Origin: an uncultured Methanosarcinaceae archaeon
Lineage (GTDB): Archaea; Halobacteriota; Methanosarcinia; Methanosarcinales; Methanosarcinaceae
Direction: 5' to 3'
Assembly: GCA_963847185.1 (NCBI GenBank)
Contig: CAWJYV010000007.1
Coordinates: 160,001 to 224,000, forward strand
Length of the DNA stretch: 64,000 nucleotides
The translations under genes were made by a program, and so were the position numbers. The notes beneath the pieces were generated by a model. It saw only the letters and a list, made by a program, of their open reading frames with translations, was not told the DNA's origin and did not search any database. Shown in pieces: positions 32,175 to 44,099 of the stretch (its first letter is position 1; each line of letters starts with the position of its first letter).

Positions 32175-33445
32175 CGTCTTTTCCATGGCTTGTCGTTTCT
32201 GTCCCTGGAAAATTCTTTCTTTTTTCCGGAGGTAATTCTTCTTCCTTTGCGGTCGCGGTCAATGGTAAATAGTTCAAATCCAGGGATGATTACTCTTACA
32301 ACCGGCACTGGAACTTCTTCCCTTGAGAGATCTATTAGCAGCACCCTTTCAACAAGTCCCTTTAATTTTTCCAGTATCACATCGATGTTTTCAGCAGGGC
32401 TTTTTCCGGACAGATCCTGAATATCAGAAAGGGAGATTTTTTCTCCTTCTTCAAACCAGAACCAGTTAAGGCGTTTCATGCGGTCGTACCCGACACTTCG
32501 GATAAAGCCTTCCCTGTCCGTATCTTCCCTGGCTCCCTGAATCTGGACTACCCGCGACTGGGCAGCTTCGGTTATGGCTCTTGCAACTGCAATTTCAGGT
32601 TTAAGGTGAGAGCCTGCTCCCATTACCAGAAGAGCCGGGTCTTTAAGCTTCACATCATCAGTTGCCGCAATTACTGTTGGAATTCCAGTATCCGTGGGAA
32701 CCAGCCAGACCTTCAGTTCTATTCCTGCATCTTTGAACTTTTTGGCAAGCTCGTACAGATAGCCGTCTTCTTCAGTCAGCACGATTTCTTTCCCAAGGCT
32801 TCGGGAAAACTGGGCTGTGCTGATTGCATCTCTTTCTATGACCTCAAGCAGACCGTGCAGAATTGCTTCTTCAAGCACGTTTCCGGAAGCCAGTCCATTG
32901 GTGTTGCTCGGGAAAAACTTCTGACACTGCCCAGGGGCATCATATGGATGATAAACAGCGTTTGCGCTTACGAAAATTTCTTCTTTGTTCATCAAATCAT
33001 ATGCTCCAACCCATTCCATTAAGGACTGGGGGATATAGGGCTGGGGCAGTAGAAGCTCCTTTGGGTTAAGCACATTGTGGTTTTCTCTGGCAGTTACATA
33101 GGACTCCACAAGGGCAGGGGCTGAAATGTTGCCTGCGACATTTGCGTTCAGGCCTGGTCTTTCTGCCAGGCAGCGTTCAAAACTTTCCATTATCGCTGAT
33201 ATTCTGGCTCTCTGATCAGTCGAGCCCTTTCCTGAGTAGATACTGATAGCTCCTTTTGCAGCACTTGGGCGGATTGCCGAGAAAATCGGGATTCCCAGTC
33301 TGTCCAGGTTTGTAATATCTGCAATTCGGGTAACACCTATCTTTTTTATCTGGTCTTTAGTTTTTTCCAGGGTTGTGGCTTCGTCATAAACTCGCTGTGT
33401 GCCTTCGAGGTATGAGAGAGACCTGTCAATTTTTATCTCGGGCAT
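32171..33445 (-). CDS. ycaO: YcaO thioamidation enzyme (methanogenesis marker 1)
   Basis: ITNLDRLGIP, SGKG, MESFER, NTNGLASG, EVIERDA, EAAQSR, PVVRVIIPG. Confidence 0.94.
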   Translation of the reverse strand: MPEIKIDRSLSYLEGTQRVYDEATTLEKTKDQIKKIGVTRIADITNLDRLGIPIFSAIRPSAAKGAISIYSGKGSTDQRARISAIMESFERCLAERPGLNANVAGNISAPALVESYVTARENHNVLNPKELLLPQPYIPQSLMEWVGAYDLMNKEEIFVSANAVYHPYDAPGQCQKFFPSNTNGLASGNVLEEAILHGLLEVIERDAISTAQFSRSLGKEIVLTEEDGYLYELAKKFKDAGIELKVWLVPTDTGIPTVIAATDDVKLKDPALLVMGAGSHLKPEIAVARAITEAAQSRVVQIQGAREDTDREGFIRSVGYDRMKRLNWFWFEEGEKISLSDIQDLSGKSPAENIDVILEKLKGLVERVLLIDLSREEVPVPVVRVIIPGFELFTIDRDRKGRRITSGKKKEFSRDRNDKPWKRR

Positions 33446-33679
33446 AGTTAGAAACCTTCTCATTTCTTGTTATATATTTTGCTATTTTTCGGGAATTTAT
33501 GGGTCTTTTCAGATTCATGGATCTTGTCATATAGACCTGCGTGGTTCTTCTTTGAAGGCGTTTTGACACCTTAAATAAAGTGTAACATAAGCAGAATATA
33601 AACAAAATACAAACAGAATAACGCTATATATTGAGGGGCTTATAAGTATGTAAGAGGGTTTATAAGGGGGTTTTGTCCG

Positions 33680-33904
33680 ATGAATCTTAAAAAATTGTTT
33701 CTGGAAGAAAATGTGGGAGGCTTTGATCTCCTGTTCAGAGCGGTATATGGAACACTTGCAATAATTGCACTGGCAACAGGCCTTGTGAAAAGCTCTCCCT
33801 GGAAATGGATTGTTGCAGCAATAGCTTTTACAGGACTCTTTAGTTCAATCCTGAGACACTGCACTCCTTATTCCATTCTTGGAATCAACACCGCAAAGAA
33901 ATAA
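33680..33904 (+). CDS. Small membrane protein (DUF2892/YgaP-like)
   Basis: ENVGGFD..R, two TM segments, HCTPYSILGINT. Confidence 0.8.
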   Translation: MNLKKLFLEENVGGFDLLFRAVYGTLAIIALATGLVKSSPWKWIVAAIAFTGLFSSILRHCTPYSILGINTAKK

Positions 33905-34460
33905 TAGCTTCGATTTTTTCATAATTGGTCGATATTTTTTTGTCGCTTCCCATTTCTTCGGCTTTTTGATGCCTTTTCGATATGAAAAACGATGCTGTCG
34001 ATGTTCAAAGTAATATGATCAGCAGAGCCAGTTTGTGTTTTTAGAATCCAATTTTTTATGGGTTATATTTTTTTGCATTTCCTCGGTTTTAAAATCGTCT
34101 CTGAGTCATTTTAAAAGCTCATCCCAAAACCAATTTTGTCCTCGGGTCAACAAGGATTTCAGGACTTATTTTCAGGATCAGGAATTTTATTGGTTTATAA
34201 ATAATTCGAATTTAGGAGGATCAATTTTGAGTTTTGGGGTTAGCTCTAAGTAAATAATTGATACTGATTTGTTGAAATCTATAATACTCTATTTCCCTGA
34301 TGACGATTCTCACCAGATTTTTGGAACTAATTACAAACCTCCCAACACTAATTATTTATTTATTCATTTGATACTGAGTATTGAATTTATTGAAGGCTAA
34401 ACTCTTTCTGTTAAATTCAATAATTCAATCAGAACATGCAAAAATAACTAGATTATAGAA

Positions 34461-35318
34461 ATGATTGGGGATACTATGAAGAACTTTAATAAGATTTGTT
34501 CCACAGCAGACTGGGGCGACCCGGAGTTGTCAGAGATAATGCAGGAGATTCTTCATCCTGGCGCCGAGAAAGATATCGACCTGACAATTCGGCATCGGAA
34601 GCACTGGGAATGGGCTATCGGGATGCTCACGCTGAAAAAAACAGGCAAGTTGGACAATAACTGCACGTTCTTGGGCATAGGAAGCGGTACCGAGGCACCT
34701 GTTTTTTATCTGACGAACCACGCGAAGTATGTTTTCTGCACTGATCTATACACCATAACCTCCGGAAAGTGGAAAGAAGCAAATACAGGCATGTTGGCGA
34801 GTCCGGAAAGTTTTGCTTCTGGTCAGTTTAACCGCAGAAGACTCGGCGTACAGATAATGAGTGGCACTGACATTCATTTTGAAGACAATACTTTCGATGC
34901 AATCTTCAGCTATTCTTCAATTGAGCACTTTGGGGGAAAAGATGCAGCTGCGAAGTGTATGAAAGAGATCGAACGGGTGTTGAAGCCTGGGGGTGTGGCC
35001 AGTATCGCAACTGAGATCTTCGCAGGCACCGAATTAGTAAAACTGCATAGATATCGGGAGAAATACGGCAAATTTCCGCACAATTTGTTTCGACGTTACA
35101 AAATATTTTCTGAGATGTTCACTCGCGATGAACTGGAACAGTATCTGTTAGCTTCTACAAACATGAAGCTTCTGTGTCCCATTGATTTCAGCATAGATCT
35201 GAAGGATCTAGCAGGGGCTGTGAGATTTCCTGTGACCAAAGAGTATGCCACACATATTTTTCTTGACATGAAAGGTATTCTCTGGGGGTCTATACATATC
35301 GCCCTGATTAAACAGTGA
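34461..35318 (+). CDS. Class I SAM-dependent methyltransferase
   Basis: FLGIGSG, FEDNTFDAIFSYSSIEH, RVLKPGG. Confidence 0.88.
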   Translation: MIGDTMKNFNKICSTADWGDPELSEIMQEILHPGAEKDIDLTIRHRKHWEWAIGMLTLKKTGKLDNNCTFLGIGSGTEAPVFYLTNHAKYVFCTDLYTITSGKWKEANTGMLASPESFASGQFNRRRLGVQIMSGTDIHFEDNTFDAIFSYSSIEHFGGKDAAAKCMKEIERVLKPGGVASIATEIFAGTELVKLHRYREKYGKFPHNLFRRYKIFSEMFTRDELEQYLLASTNMKLLCPIDFSIDLKDLAGAVRFPVTKEYATHIFLDMKGILWGSIHIALIKQ

Positions 35319-35572
35319 ACTTGAAAAGTGGGAAGAACAACTAAACAGGGAGGACAATTTATAATCTATCGTCATTAACAAAAATTCTGCACTATTATCC
35401 TCCACAAAAATTCTAATCCGCTATAAAATATAAAAATCCTGTACAGTTTTTCTTAATAGAAGTCTTACTTTTTCAATGTTTGCTTCAATCACTAAAACCG
35501 TTTAGAATGTACACTTGCTTATGCATATTCTTATTTAGCTTCTCTATCTGTTCTTCTTTAGTTTTCAGCTGA

Positions 35573-37651
35573 TCACTTTTTACATATTGCCATATTTTTC
35601 GAATCATTAGTATTGCTGAAACTAATTATGAACTCCGTTCCTGAATCTTTTTTAAGTTCTAAGTGGCCGTCTATCTGTTCTACGAGAAGACTTATGAGCT
35701 GAAGCCCGAGTGAATCCGTATTTTTAATACCTGCATCCGGGATTCCAGCGCCATTGTCAGCTACTGTCAGGGTATACTGCAAACACTTATCGCTGTTACA
35801 GCAGGTATTTTCTTTTGGATCTGCAAATTTTTCGCGGATTTTTCCGGAGTTCTCATATCTATGGAGGGTTATTCGAATTTCTCCTCTCTGGCCTGGCTGA
35901 AAAGCGTGTTTAAGGGAATTTGATATAAGTTCGTTTACAATAATTCCAAGAGGAATTGCAATATCCATATCCAGATAGACAGGTTCAAGATCCAGTTTAA
36001 GATCTATATTCTGATTCTCTATCGCGTAAGAATCGAGAAGATTTGTGGTCAGTTTCTGCAGATAACTGGCAAAATCTAACGTAGCCATATCCCTGGATTT
36101 ATACAGCTCTTGATGAATAAGAGCCATTGATACCACACGGTTCTGGCTGTCCTTAAATGCAGCGAGAACTTCTTGAGTCTGAACAGTTTCTCGCCTACTG
36201 AACCTTTCTGCCTGAAGGTCAAGCAGAGAAGTTATTACCTGCAAGTTATTCTTTATCCTGTGGTGAATTTCTTTTATGCGGGCTTTGTCGTACTTTTCCA
36301 GGGATTCCATAATATATTTCCGTTCAGTAATGTCGTGAACAGAACCCTGGAATTCTATTCTTTTTCCAGCCGTTTTGGGATTTTGTCTTATAATCTCTCT
36401 TAACCATCTCACTTCTCCATCTTTTTTCCGTATCCTGTATTCGAATTCTACAGGCAATTCAGGAATGGAGACCGTATTAGCTCTTTCTTTAGAATAGATG
36501 GGCATGTCTTCAGGTACTGCAATTTCATTCCAATTTAAATTCCCGGAAAGAAAATCTTCTTTACTATAACCCTTGATTTCCTGTACAGCTCCTTCTATAA
36601 ATGTCAGTGACAGATCTCTATCCAGCTGAAACAGGATTCCACTGAAATTCTGCATAAATGAATGATAATTTTCTTCAATTATCGGAGATTTTTTTGTTGC
36701 AGTTTTTTTTTCGAGATGACCTTTACCTGCTGCAAAATGAGTGTAAATAAGAGCCTTTTCTGACTTTTGGAAAGTTGCCTCTTCGTTTAAGGCTTCTTCT
36801 CTCTGCTTAAGTTCTCTGAAAATAATACTATTAGGCTGTTCAAAACCAGTCACCACGATTGCTTTATAGATAAGGTAAAGAGACATCATTTTAAACATGT
36901 GGGCAACAAAACTTGGAAATTTGTCCACATGATTGTAAACAATAAAAGGCAGTTCTCCGAGTGTTGCTAGAAATATGGATATTGCTATCAATCTGAACAC
37001 TTTTTTGTCGAATCTGTTTCGCTTTGTATATAGTAGAACAAAGGAGACGCAAAAAATGAAAAAGATCACATATCCGCTTGTTTGCGTAAATAAAGTAAGT
37101 CCCAAATCTTCGATATTATATAACGGAAATTTAGTCAAATAAAATACTGAAGTGAAGATACATGCTGCAACTATAGAGTAGATAAGGAAAATATTTCTGA
37201 CAAATCTAGAATTTTCAAGGAACGTCAAATCATTATTTTCATTATTATTCTGTACCAGAAAAAACGGGGCTATCATAAACGAAACACTAGCTATATATCT
37301 TGCAAAAATTCCGAATTGAATAGTCATATTCAGGTCAATTATCGGCAAAATTCCGATTCCTCTAAATGCAAGAATATGCAAAAGATCAAAACTTCCTATG
37401 AAAAAGAAAGATGCCCCTATCAGTAGTAAATACCTGTTTAAAAGCAGGCTTTTTGATTCCCATATTATTAGGAAAATAATGTATGCCATCAGGGCGCTGA
37501 ATAACTCTGCCAGTGTGTGAAAAAGAAGAAAACTTTTGAGGTTAATCATACGCAGTAAAATAGCTATAATTATCCATATTATTAAGTCATTTAACTCTAT
37601 GAAAGATGATCGAAAGATAGATATTTTCTTTTCAGTTTCCTTTATTTTCAC
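35573..37651 (-). CDS. Membrane sensor histidine kinase (MASE3-like TM region, PAS, HisKA_2/HATPase)
   Basis: FHTLAELFS and FDLLHILAF TM region, EYRIRKKDGEVRW, EIHHRIKNNLQ, NELISNSLKHAF, DNGAG, SLGLQL. Confidence 0.9.
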   Translation of the reverse strand: MKIKETEKKISIFRSSFIELNDLIIWIIIAILLRMINLKSFLLFHTLAELFSALMAYIIFLIIWESKSLLLNRYLLLIGASFFFIGSFDLLHILAFRGIGILPIIDLNMTIQFGIFARYIASVSFMIAPFFLVQNNNENNDLTFLENSRFVRNIFLIYSIVAACIFTSVFYLTKFPLYNIEDLGLTLFTQTSGYVIFFIFCVSFVLLYTKRNRFDKKVFRLIAISIFLATLGELPFIVYNHVDKFPSFVAHMFKMMSLYLIYKAIVVTGFEQPNSIIFRELKQREEALNEEATFQKSEKALIYTHFAAGKGHLEKKTATKKSPIIEENYHSFMQNFSGILFQLDRDLSLTFIEGAVQEIKGYSKEDFLSGNLNWNEIAVPEDMPIYSKERANTVSIPELPVEFEYRIRKKDGEVRWLREIIRQNPKTAGKRIEFQGSVHDITERKYIMESLEKYDKARIKEIHHRIKNNLQVITSLLDLQAERFSRRETVQTQEVLAAFKDSQNRVVSMALIHQELYKSRDMATLDFASYLQKLTTNLLDSYAIENQNIDLKLDLEPVYLDMDIAIPLGIIVNELISNSLKHAFQPGQRGEIRITLHRYENSGKIREKFADPKENTCCNSDKCLQYTLTVADNGAGIPDAGIKNTDSLGLQLISLLVEQIDGHLELKKDSGTEFIISFSNTNDSKNMAICKK

Positions 37652-38139
37652 TCATTTGAGGTAGTATTCTTTCTATATATCTCTTATTGGGAACTTTAAT
37701 AGGGATGGCTTTTTAAGGAGTATATAGACTTATTTTTGAGAATCAGTTTTAACTGGATGAGAATGCAAAAAAGTAATCAATCCCCAACAAGTGAAGAATA
37801 TCAATTTACAGAAATTCGCTTATTGAATCTATTAAAGATAGCTGTTGACGTAGTTTTATTCAGGTTGAATAATTCTAAATTTTTTTATACTTTGTTGAGA
37901 AGTTAATCATCATTAACTCTGTAAAAACAAAGATAGTTTCTGTAACGTTTTCAGGGGCCGAAGTATTAATAATTTTGAAGCTACTGAAAAAGAATCTAAA
38001 GTCCCGAAGACTTTACAGAACTCCCTTACCTAACAGTAAATTATTTTTAAAGTGTATTTTATTTATCGGCGCTGTCCCATGTTGCAAATTTTTTTTGCTC
38101 TCTTCATGCTTTCTTCATGCTTTCTTCTATTACTGCTTG

Positions 38140-38403
38140 TTAATTCGTTCCGCCACAAGCATGGACAGCGTCATTAAGTATTCCCATTATCGTCCCACAG
38201 GGGAGAATTAATGGCTTATCCGTAACAGTAACAGTGATATTCGCTGCCCCATCCCATTTGAAATGGCCTTTAACTCCATATCCTTCGATTTCACCTTCGT
38301 TTCCTGCAGGTACTTTTATACCGGCATTTTCAAGTTTCTTTTTCAAACAATTAAATACATTTTGCGTAACGTTGTGGTAAGTTACAGAATCACATCCACC
38401 CAT
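38140..38403 (-). CDS. Small hypothetical protein (87 aa, 4 Cys)
   Basis: ATG 38403 after AGGGGG SD, MGGCDSVTYHNVT...HACGGTN. Confidence 0.7.
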   Translation of the reverse strand: MGGCDSVTYHNVTQNVFNCLKKKLENAGIKVPAGNEGEIEGYGVKGHFKWDGAANITVTVTDKPLILPCGTIMGILNDAVHACGGTN

Positions 38404-38899
38404 ATTTTTCCCCCTATGTTTATTAAAAGACTTTTTTAGATTTAAGCATTTAAACCAGTAATCCAAAAGCATTATTTATCAGGAGTACTCATATCCCAAA
38501 GTTTACTCTTCTATATTCTATGTTTTGTGGATAACTTGCAATCAGTATTTTTTATACAATTATTTGCAAATTATATGAGTATGTTTCAGAATAAGCACTC
38601 TTGTAGCCCTTATCCATTTTTGATGTAGTTTGTTTTTTCGTAATATTCTTACGGATAAACTTTACCTATACATTAATACAAGATAGCAATATTTATATAA
38701 TCATGTTATTATAAATTCCTTGTAGAAAATATATTTAGAACAAAACATATTTAGAAGATCTCTTTACTATTAAATATCAGCTGCATCTGCAGGCATACAT
38801 TAAAATCCTAAAAATCTTCTAAATCTTAAAAATCTTCTATTTCTCTCCTTCCTCCGGTCCAACATATTGAATAAAATTACAATCAGGAGCATTGGGGAT

Positions 38900-41334
38900 A
38901 TGCAGGCTGAAGAGACGGGAAAGGGTACCAATAATTTCAATGCTCAAGTAAATGAGCCTTCCCCTCACGGTAAAAAATACAACTCGGGAATGGAAATGTC
39001 AGGAGATTCTCATGAATTTCACGAAGAGAGGGGGCATAATCCTGCTGGAGAAGTATAGTGCATGAAGACCATCCAGAAGATCAAACGATGCATACTGAAG
39101 AGAAATCGCTGGACTATGACCATCATAAAGAAATGAAACATGAGCAGCGTACGGAAGAGAAGCTCTATGGTCACCGGCAGCACGAAGAAATGAATCATGA
39201 GGGCCATGAGCAACATGAGGAAATGAAACATGGCCAGCACGAAGGAATGAAACACGAGGGGAAACATGAAGGTCACGAGAAGTCAGGCGGGAAAGCTCAC
39301 GGCAATCATCACACTCATATGCTTGAAGATTTTAGAAGAAGATTCATTGTTTCTTTTATATTGACCTTCCCGGTTTTGTTGCTCTCTCCTACAATTCAGG
39401 ACTTTTTTAATTTTGAGCTTCACGTCCCTGGGGCGGATTTTATTACATTTTTGCTGTCCTCTGTTGTTTATTTCTATGGAGGCTATCCTTTTCTCAAAGG
39501 GATAAAAGAAGAGTTTGCTGAGAAGTCCCCCGGAATGATGACTCTGATAGCAATTGCTATCAGTGTGGCTTATTTTTACAGTTCAGCTGTGGTTTTCGGG
39601 CTCCATGGAGAGGTATTTTTCTGGGAACTGGTGACCCTTATCGATGTAATGCTGCTCGGGCACTGGCTGGAAATGCGTTCGGTAATGGGAGCTTCAAGAG
39701 CTCTTGAGGAACTGGTAAAGATCATGCCGTCGGTTGCTCACCTGAAGAATAATGGCGAAATTGTTGACGTGGGAGTTGACCAGTTAAAAATAGGGGATAA
39801 GGTTCTGATAAAGCCCGGAGAAAAAGTGCCTGTAGACGGAACTGTTTTGGAAGGTACAAGCAACGTCAACGAATCAATGCTTACAGGAGAGTCAAAGCCT
39901 GTCACGAAAAAACCGGGAAACGAAGTCATCGGCGGCTCAATAAATGGGGAGGCAGCTTTTGTTGTAGAAGTGGAAAAAACAGGCAAAGACACTTATCTTA
40001 ATCAGGTTGTCGAACTCGTCAGAGCCGCTCAGGAGAGCAAATCAAAAACTCAGGACCTGGCAAACAGGGCTGCAATGTATCTTACGATTATAGCTCTTTC
40101 CGTGGGTACTCTGACATTCCTTCTCTGGATTTTCCTTGGCCAGCAGCTTGTCTTTGCTCTGGAGAGGGCAGTAACTGTAATGGTTATTACCTGTCCTCAT
40201 GCTCTTGGGCTTGCAATTCCTCTCGTTGTTGCGGTTTCTACATCAATTGCCGCAAAATCCGGGCTTCTTATTCGAGACCGGCAGGCATTTGAGAGGGCAC
40301 GAGATCTTCAGGCTCTCATTTTTGACAAAACGGGTACGCTTACTGAAGGCAGGTTTGGAGTCACTGATATAGTTTTCCTTTCTGGAGGGGAGACTGAACA
40401 CGAAGAGGAAAATGAAAGCGGAAAGGGAAGTAAAAGCGGAGAGGAAACCAAAAATGAAAACACAGAGGAAACTGAAAACAAAAAAGAAATTATTTTGAGC
40501 CTGGCAGCTTCTCTTGAAGCCAGTTCTGAACATCCTATTGCATCAGGCATTCTGGAAAGTGCAAGGGAAAAAGGAGTGAAGATCCTGCCTGTAGAAGAAT
40601 TCAATTCAATCCCTGGGAAGGGTGTGGAAGGCCTGGTTGAAGGAAAGAAGCTCCTTGTTGTAAGTCCGGGTTATCTTGAAGAAAAGGGGATTTCCTTCAA
40701 AAATAAAAAAATTGAGGAAATTGAAGCACAGGGAAAAACCGTTGTGTTCTTACTTGAAGGAGACAGGTTATTTGGAGCTCTTGCCCTTGCCGATATTATT
40801 CGAAAAGAGTCAAGGGAAGCAATTTCAAAGTTAAAAGATATGGGAGTAAAGTGTCTCATGCTCACGGGGGATAACCGTTATGTGGCTGCCTGGGTAGCCA
40901 GAGAACTGGATCTTGATGATTACTTCGCAGAAGTCCTTCCACATGAAAAGGCAGAGAAGGTCAAAGAAGTCCAGAACCAGTATCTCACAGGCATGGTTGG
41001 GGACGGAGTTAATGATGCGCCTGCCCTGGCTCAGGCTGATGTCGGGATTGCCATAGGAGCTGGTACGGATGTTGCAATCGAAACCGCGGACATCGTACTG
41101 GTCAAAAACGACCCCAGGGATGTTCTCAATATTATCAGGCTTTCCAGGAGTACTTACTCCAAAATGTATCAGAACCTTCTCTGGGCAACTGGATACAATG
41201 TCTTTGCAATTCCTCTTGCAGCAGGAGTTCTCTATGGATACGGAATTTTACTGAGCCCTGCTATGGGTGCAGTTTTCATGAGTCTGAGTACGGTAATTGT
41301 AGCTATAAATGCAAAAACTTTAAAGATGGGGTGA
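38900..41334 (+). CDS. copB: Heavy-metal P1B ATPase, CopB-type (CPH), His-rich N-terminus apparently frameshifted near 39052
   Basis: TGES, CPHALGL, DKTGT, SEHP, GDGVNDAP, YN and MSLST. His/Met/Glu-rich N-terminus. Main ORF is 39058-41334. Confidence 0.88.
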
Positions 41335-41340
41335 TTGATT

Positions 41341-41460
41341 TTGGGCATATTTCGCAGTCTGAAAAAGATACTGGCTTTAGCCGCACTGGCTTCTGCAGGA
41401 ATCCGATTCATTTCAAGGCTCACAGGAAGAAAAAGGAAAAAAATAAGTCGCAAACACTGA
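41341..41460 (+). CDS. Putative 39-aa basic small protein
   Basis: GGGGTGA SD then TTG at 41341, MGIFRSLKKILALAALASAGIRFISRLTGRKRKKISRKH. Confidence 0.5.
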   Translation: MGIFRSLKKILALAALASAGIRFISRLTGRKRKKISRKH

Positions 41461-41537
41461 AAAACTGAAGATTTGAGGAATAAAATCTTTTCTTTTCTTT
41501 TCTTTTTATTTCTAATTTCTTTTTCTGTAATTTTTAT

Positions 41538-41771
41538 GTCCGTATAAGACCATCTACCCAGAATAGGGGCTCCTATGAGCTGAAATATTAGATACATGGC
41601 ACTGGCCAGCTCGCAGATAAATGCATTTCCTCCAAACCTGTCCACAAGCAACTCAAGGAACGGGAACACAATGCTGAATCCGTGTTTTCCTATAAAGTTG
41701 ACAGCAAGGGCGGTAGAAGCGAAATATTTTCTCCTATCGGAAGTCAGAACTCCTTCTTACACTCTCTCCAT
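41538..41771 (-). pseudogene. Truncated MFS (TetA-like) transporter N-terminus
   Basis: LAVNFIGKHGFSIVFPFL..FGGNAF..LASAMYLIFQLIGAPILGRWS (TM1-TM2 and start of motif A), early TAA, rest missing. Confidence 0.7.
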
Positions 41772-41897
41772 GTCTTCGGTTAATACCTGGCAAGCTATTC
41801 CTGTTTATTCTCAGGAGTCTTCCCTTTTCTCTCTAATCATTTCACAAGCAATATTATTTTTCTCCTCAAGTAACAGTTTACTCTTAGTAACAATTTG

Positions 41898-42226
41898 TTA
41901 CTTAATCTTCAGAATCTCAGCCCAGGCACGTTTTCCGCACTTCGGACACCTGAGATATTTTTTATTGACGCCATTAGGGCCAAATAAGTCTTCCATTGCC
42001 GAAACCTCAAAAATCTCCCCACATCCCGGGCAACGGTACGCAAAATTTTTAGCATGCCAAGTAACAATTAGTGTCATTCCTTCCACAACTATCAGGAGCC
42101 AGAAATACCAGTGTTCTGGAAACAGTATAATAGAAGAGAGATTCATTACCATGACAAATATAAAAAGTAAAAAGCTGTTTTGCCCCAGTCCTTACCTGTA
42201 ACCGTCTGGTACTTTTCTCCGTTCAT
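41898..42226 (-). CDS. Small membrane protein with zinc ribbon (apparent frameshift in T-runs near 42165-42175)
   Basis: TM segments then YRCPGCG and LRCPKCG. The upstream ATG at 42226 with GGGGGTA SD is 1 nt out of frame. Confidence 0.7.
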
Positions 42227-42505
42227 AGTTGTTTTTACCCCCCTTTCTTATCTTTCTTCGGTATGAAATTTATATCAAAAATTTGGATCTGGAGTTATTT
42301 AAGAGTATTTTACCTCCAGAACTTTTCAGATACAGATAGAGGAACACTTTTCCTGAAAAATATTCACTGTTTAAAAACAAACCAAAAAATGAAAAAAGAT
42401 TGCCTGTTATCAGGAACAGGCGTTTATTGACTTAATTCAGGTCAAGAATAAGCCCTATAAAAGTAGCTTTAAGCCTTATGCGGCTTAACTTATTTGGCTT
42501 TTACC

Positions 42506-43984
42506 TCATATTCTGCAAACTTCACTTTTTCTGAGCCAGTCTATGTCGGACTGATAGAGGAGTCTCAAGTCTTTAAGCCCGAGTTTCAGCATAGCAAGCC
42601 TGCTGACTCCTAGACCCCAGGCAAGAACGGGTTCTTTGATCCCGAAAGGTTCGGTAACTTCCTTTCTGAAAACGCCTGCACCTCCGAGCTCAACCCAGCC
42701 AAGGCCGTCAACATAAACTTCAGGTTCCACGCTTGGCTCGGTATACGGGAAATATCCGGGACGGAAACGAATCTCTTCGAACCCCATCCTGTGATAGAAT
42801 TCTGCCAGAAGCCCTAAAAGGTCTGCAAAAGACATGTTTTTGTCCATTACAACTCCTTCAAGCTGCTCGAATTCGGGAGTATGGGTAGGGTCAATTGTCT
42901 CCCTGCGGTAAGCCCTGTCGATGCAGAAAGCTTTTACAGGGGGTTCTGGATTATCTGCCAGGTACTTGATTGTGACTGAGGTTGTATGGGTTCTCAACAC
43001 ATTGCGTCTGGCAAGTTCCCTATCCCAGGTTCCACCCCAGCCACAGGAGTCGATATCCCCTCCGCATTCGTGCATTGCTGCTACTCTGTCAGAGTATTCT
43101 TCTGGGAGCTTGCAGATACTGCCAAGGTGAAATGTGTCCTGCATATCTCTTGCCGGGTGATCCTGAGGCTGGAAAAGGGCATCGAAATTCCAGAAAGAAC
43201 TCTGAATAATTCCGCCTTTGATCTCGGTAAAGCCCATTTCCAGAAAAATCTGGCGCATCTGTTCTATAAGGCGCCTGTAAGGATGAATCTTGGACCCGTA
43301 GAGAGGCTTTGGAGTTATATCGAGTCTATATGGCCTGAATTTTTTCTCTTTCCACGCTCCGCTCTTAAGTAATTCGGATGTGATCTGGGCAATTTCTTCT
43401 TCAAGGACAAGCCCCTGGGCTGCAAGAGCCTTTCCTGTATCAGTTATGGAAACAGTTCTGGATTTCTCCTCATGCTTTACAACGAGTTTCCTCTTGAGAA
43501 GGTCCTTTACTGTTCCTTCGTCGGCTGCAAGCTCCTCAAGTGTTTTTGCTTTGCCTGCGAAAGCCACAAGTATCTCTTCATCTTTTCCGGCATCGGTTTT
43601 TCCGGAAGGGGCTATCACTCCATTTTCAACTTTTGCCCATCCTTTTTTTACGAGCCAGCCAGTAGCAATTCCTACCATTTGAGGAGAAAAGCATTTTCTT
43701 AAATCTTCAAGGGAAGTGGGGGCTTTGAGGGAATCAATAATCTGACGCTCCGGAAGCCCATTTTTCGTATAATCTTCTCCTTCACTGGTAAGGGAGTAAC
43801 TTTCGAGCACCTTTTCGGAAACTGAAGCCAGCCCTTTTTCCGCAAGCATGAAGGCTGCTTGCATTGCCGCATCTACCTGCAGCCCTGATTTTTCTTCCAA
43901 TCTTTCGGGAGCTGCAGATCCCAACTCTTCAAGGGCAAGCAAGACTTTTTTCTCGTTAATTGTGAGGTTTTCCTGAACACTCAT
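42506..43984 (-). CDS. pheS: Phenylalanyl-tRNA synthetase alpha subunit
   Basis: [41 protein letters not shown]. Confidence 0.97.
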   Translation of the reverse strand: MSVQENLTINEKKVLLALEELGSAAPERLEEKSGLQVDAAMQAAFMLAEKGLASVSEKVLESYSLTSEGEDYTKNGLPERQIIDSLKAPTSLEDLRKCFSPQMVGIATGWLVKKGWAKVENGVIAPSGKTDAGKDEEILVAFAGKAKTLEELAADEGTVKDLLKRKLVVKHEEKSRTVSITDTGKALAAQGLVLEEEIAQITSELLKSGAWKEKKFRPYRLDITPKPLYGSKIHPYRRLIEQMRQIFLEMGFTEIKGGIIQSSFWNFDALFQPQDHPARDMQDTFHLGSICKLPEEYSDRVAAMHECGGDIDSCGWGGTWDRELARRNVLRTHTTSVTIKYLADNPEPPVKAFCIDRAYRRETIDPTHTPEFEQLEGVVMDKNMSFADLLGLLAEFYHRMGFEEIRFRPGYFPYTEPSVEPEVYVDGLGWVELGGAGVFRKEVTEPFGIKEPVLAWGLGVSRLAMLKLGLKDLRLLYQSDIDWLRKSEVCRI

Positions 43985-44099
43985 ACATGATCATATCCTG
44001 AGATTCCTGAAACTATTAAGAGCTTGATATTAGAGTTTAATGAGTTTGCTACAGTTTAATACTTGAGTTTAACGAGTTATTAGAATTTGGTACATTGAT

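Noticed and set aside
31515-33445. ycaO-tfuA as a RiPP cluster
   Set aside because: In methanogens this pair is the known McrA thioglycine system, and no precursor peptide or transporter is adjacent.
39056-39058. Pyl readthrough joining the upstream ORF to copB
   Set aside because: The two ORFs are in different frames, and readthrough reaches a TGA about 25 codons later.
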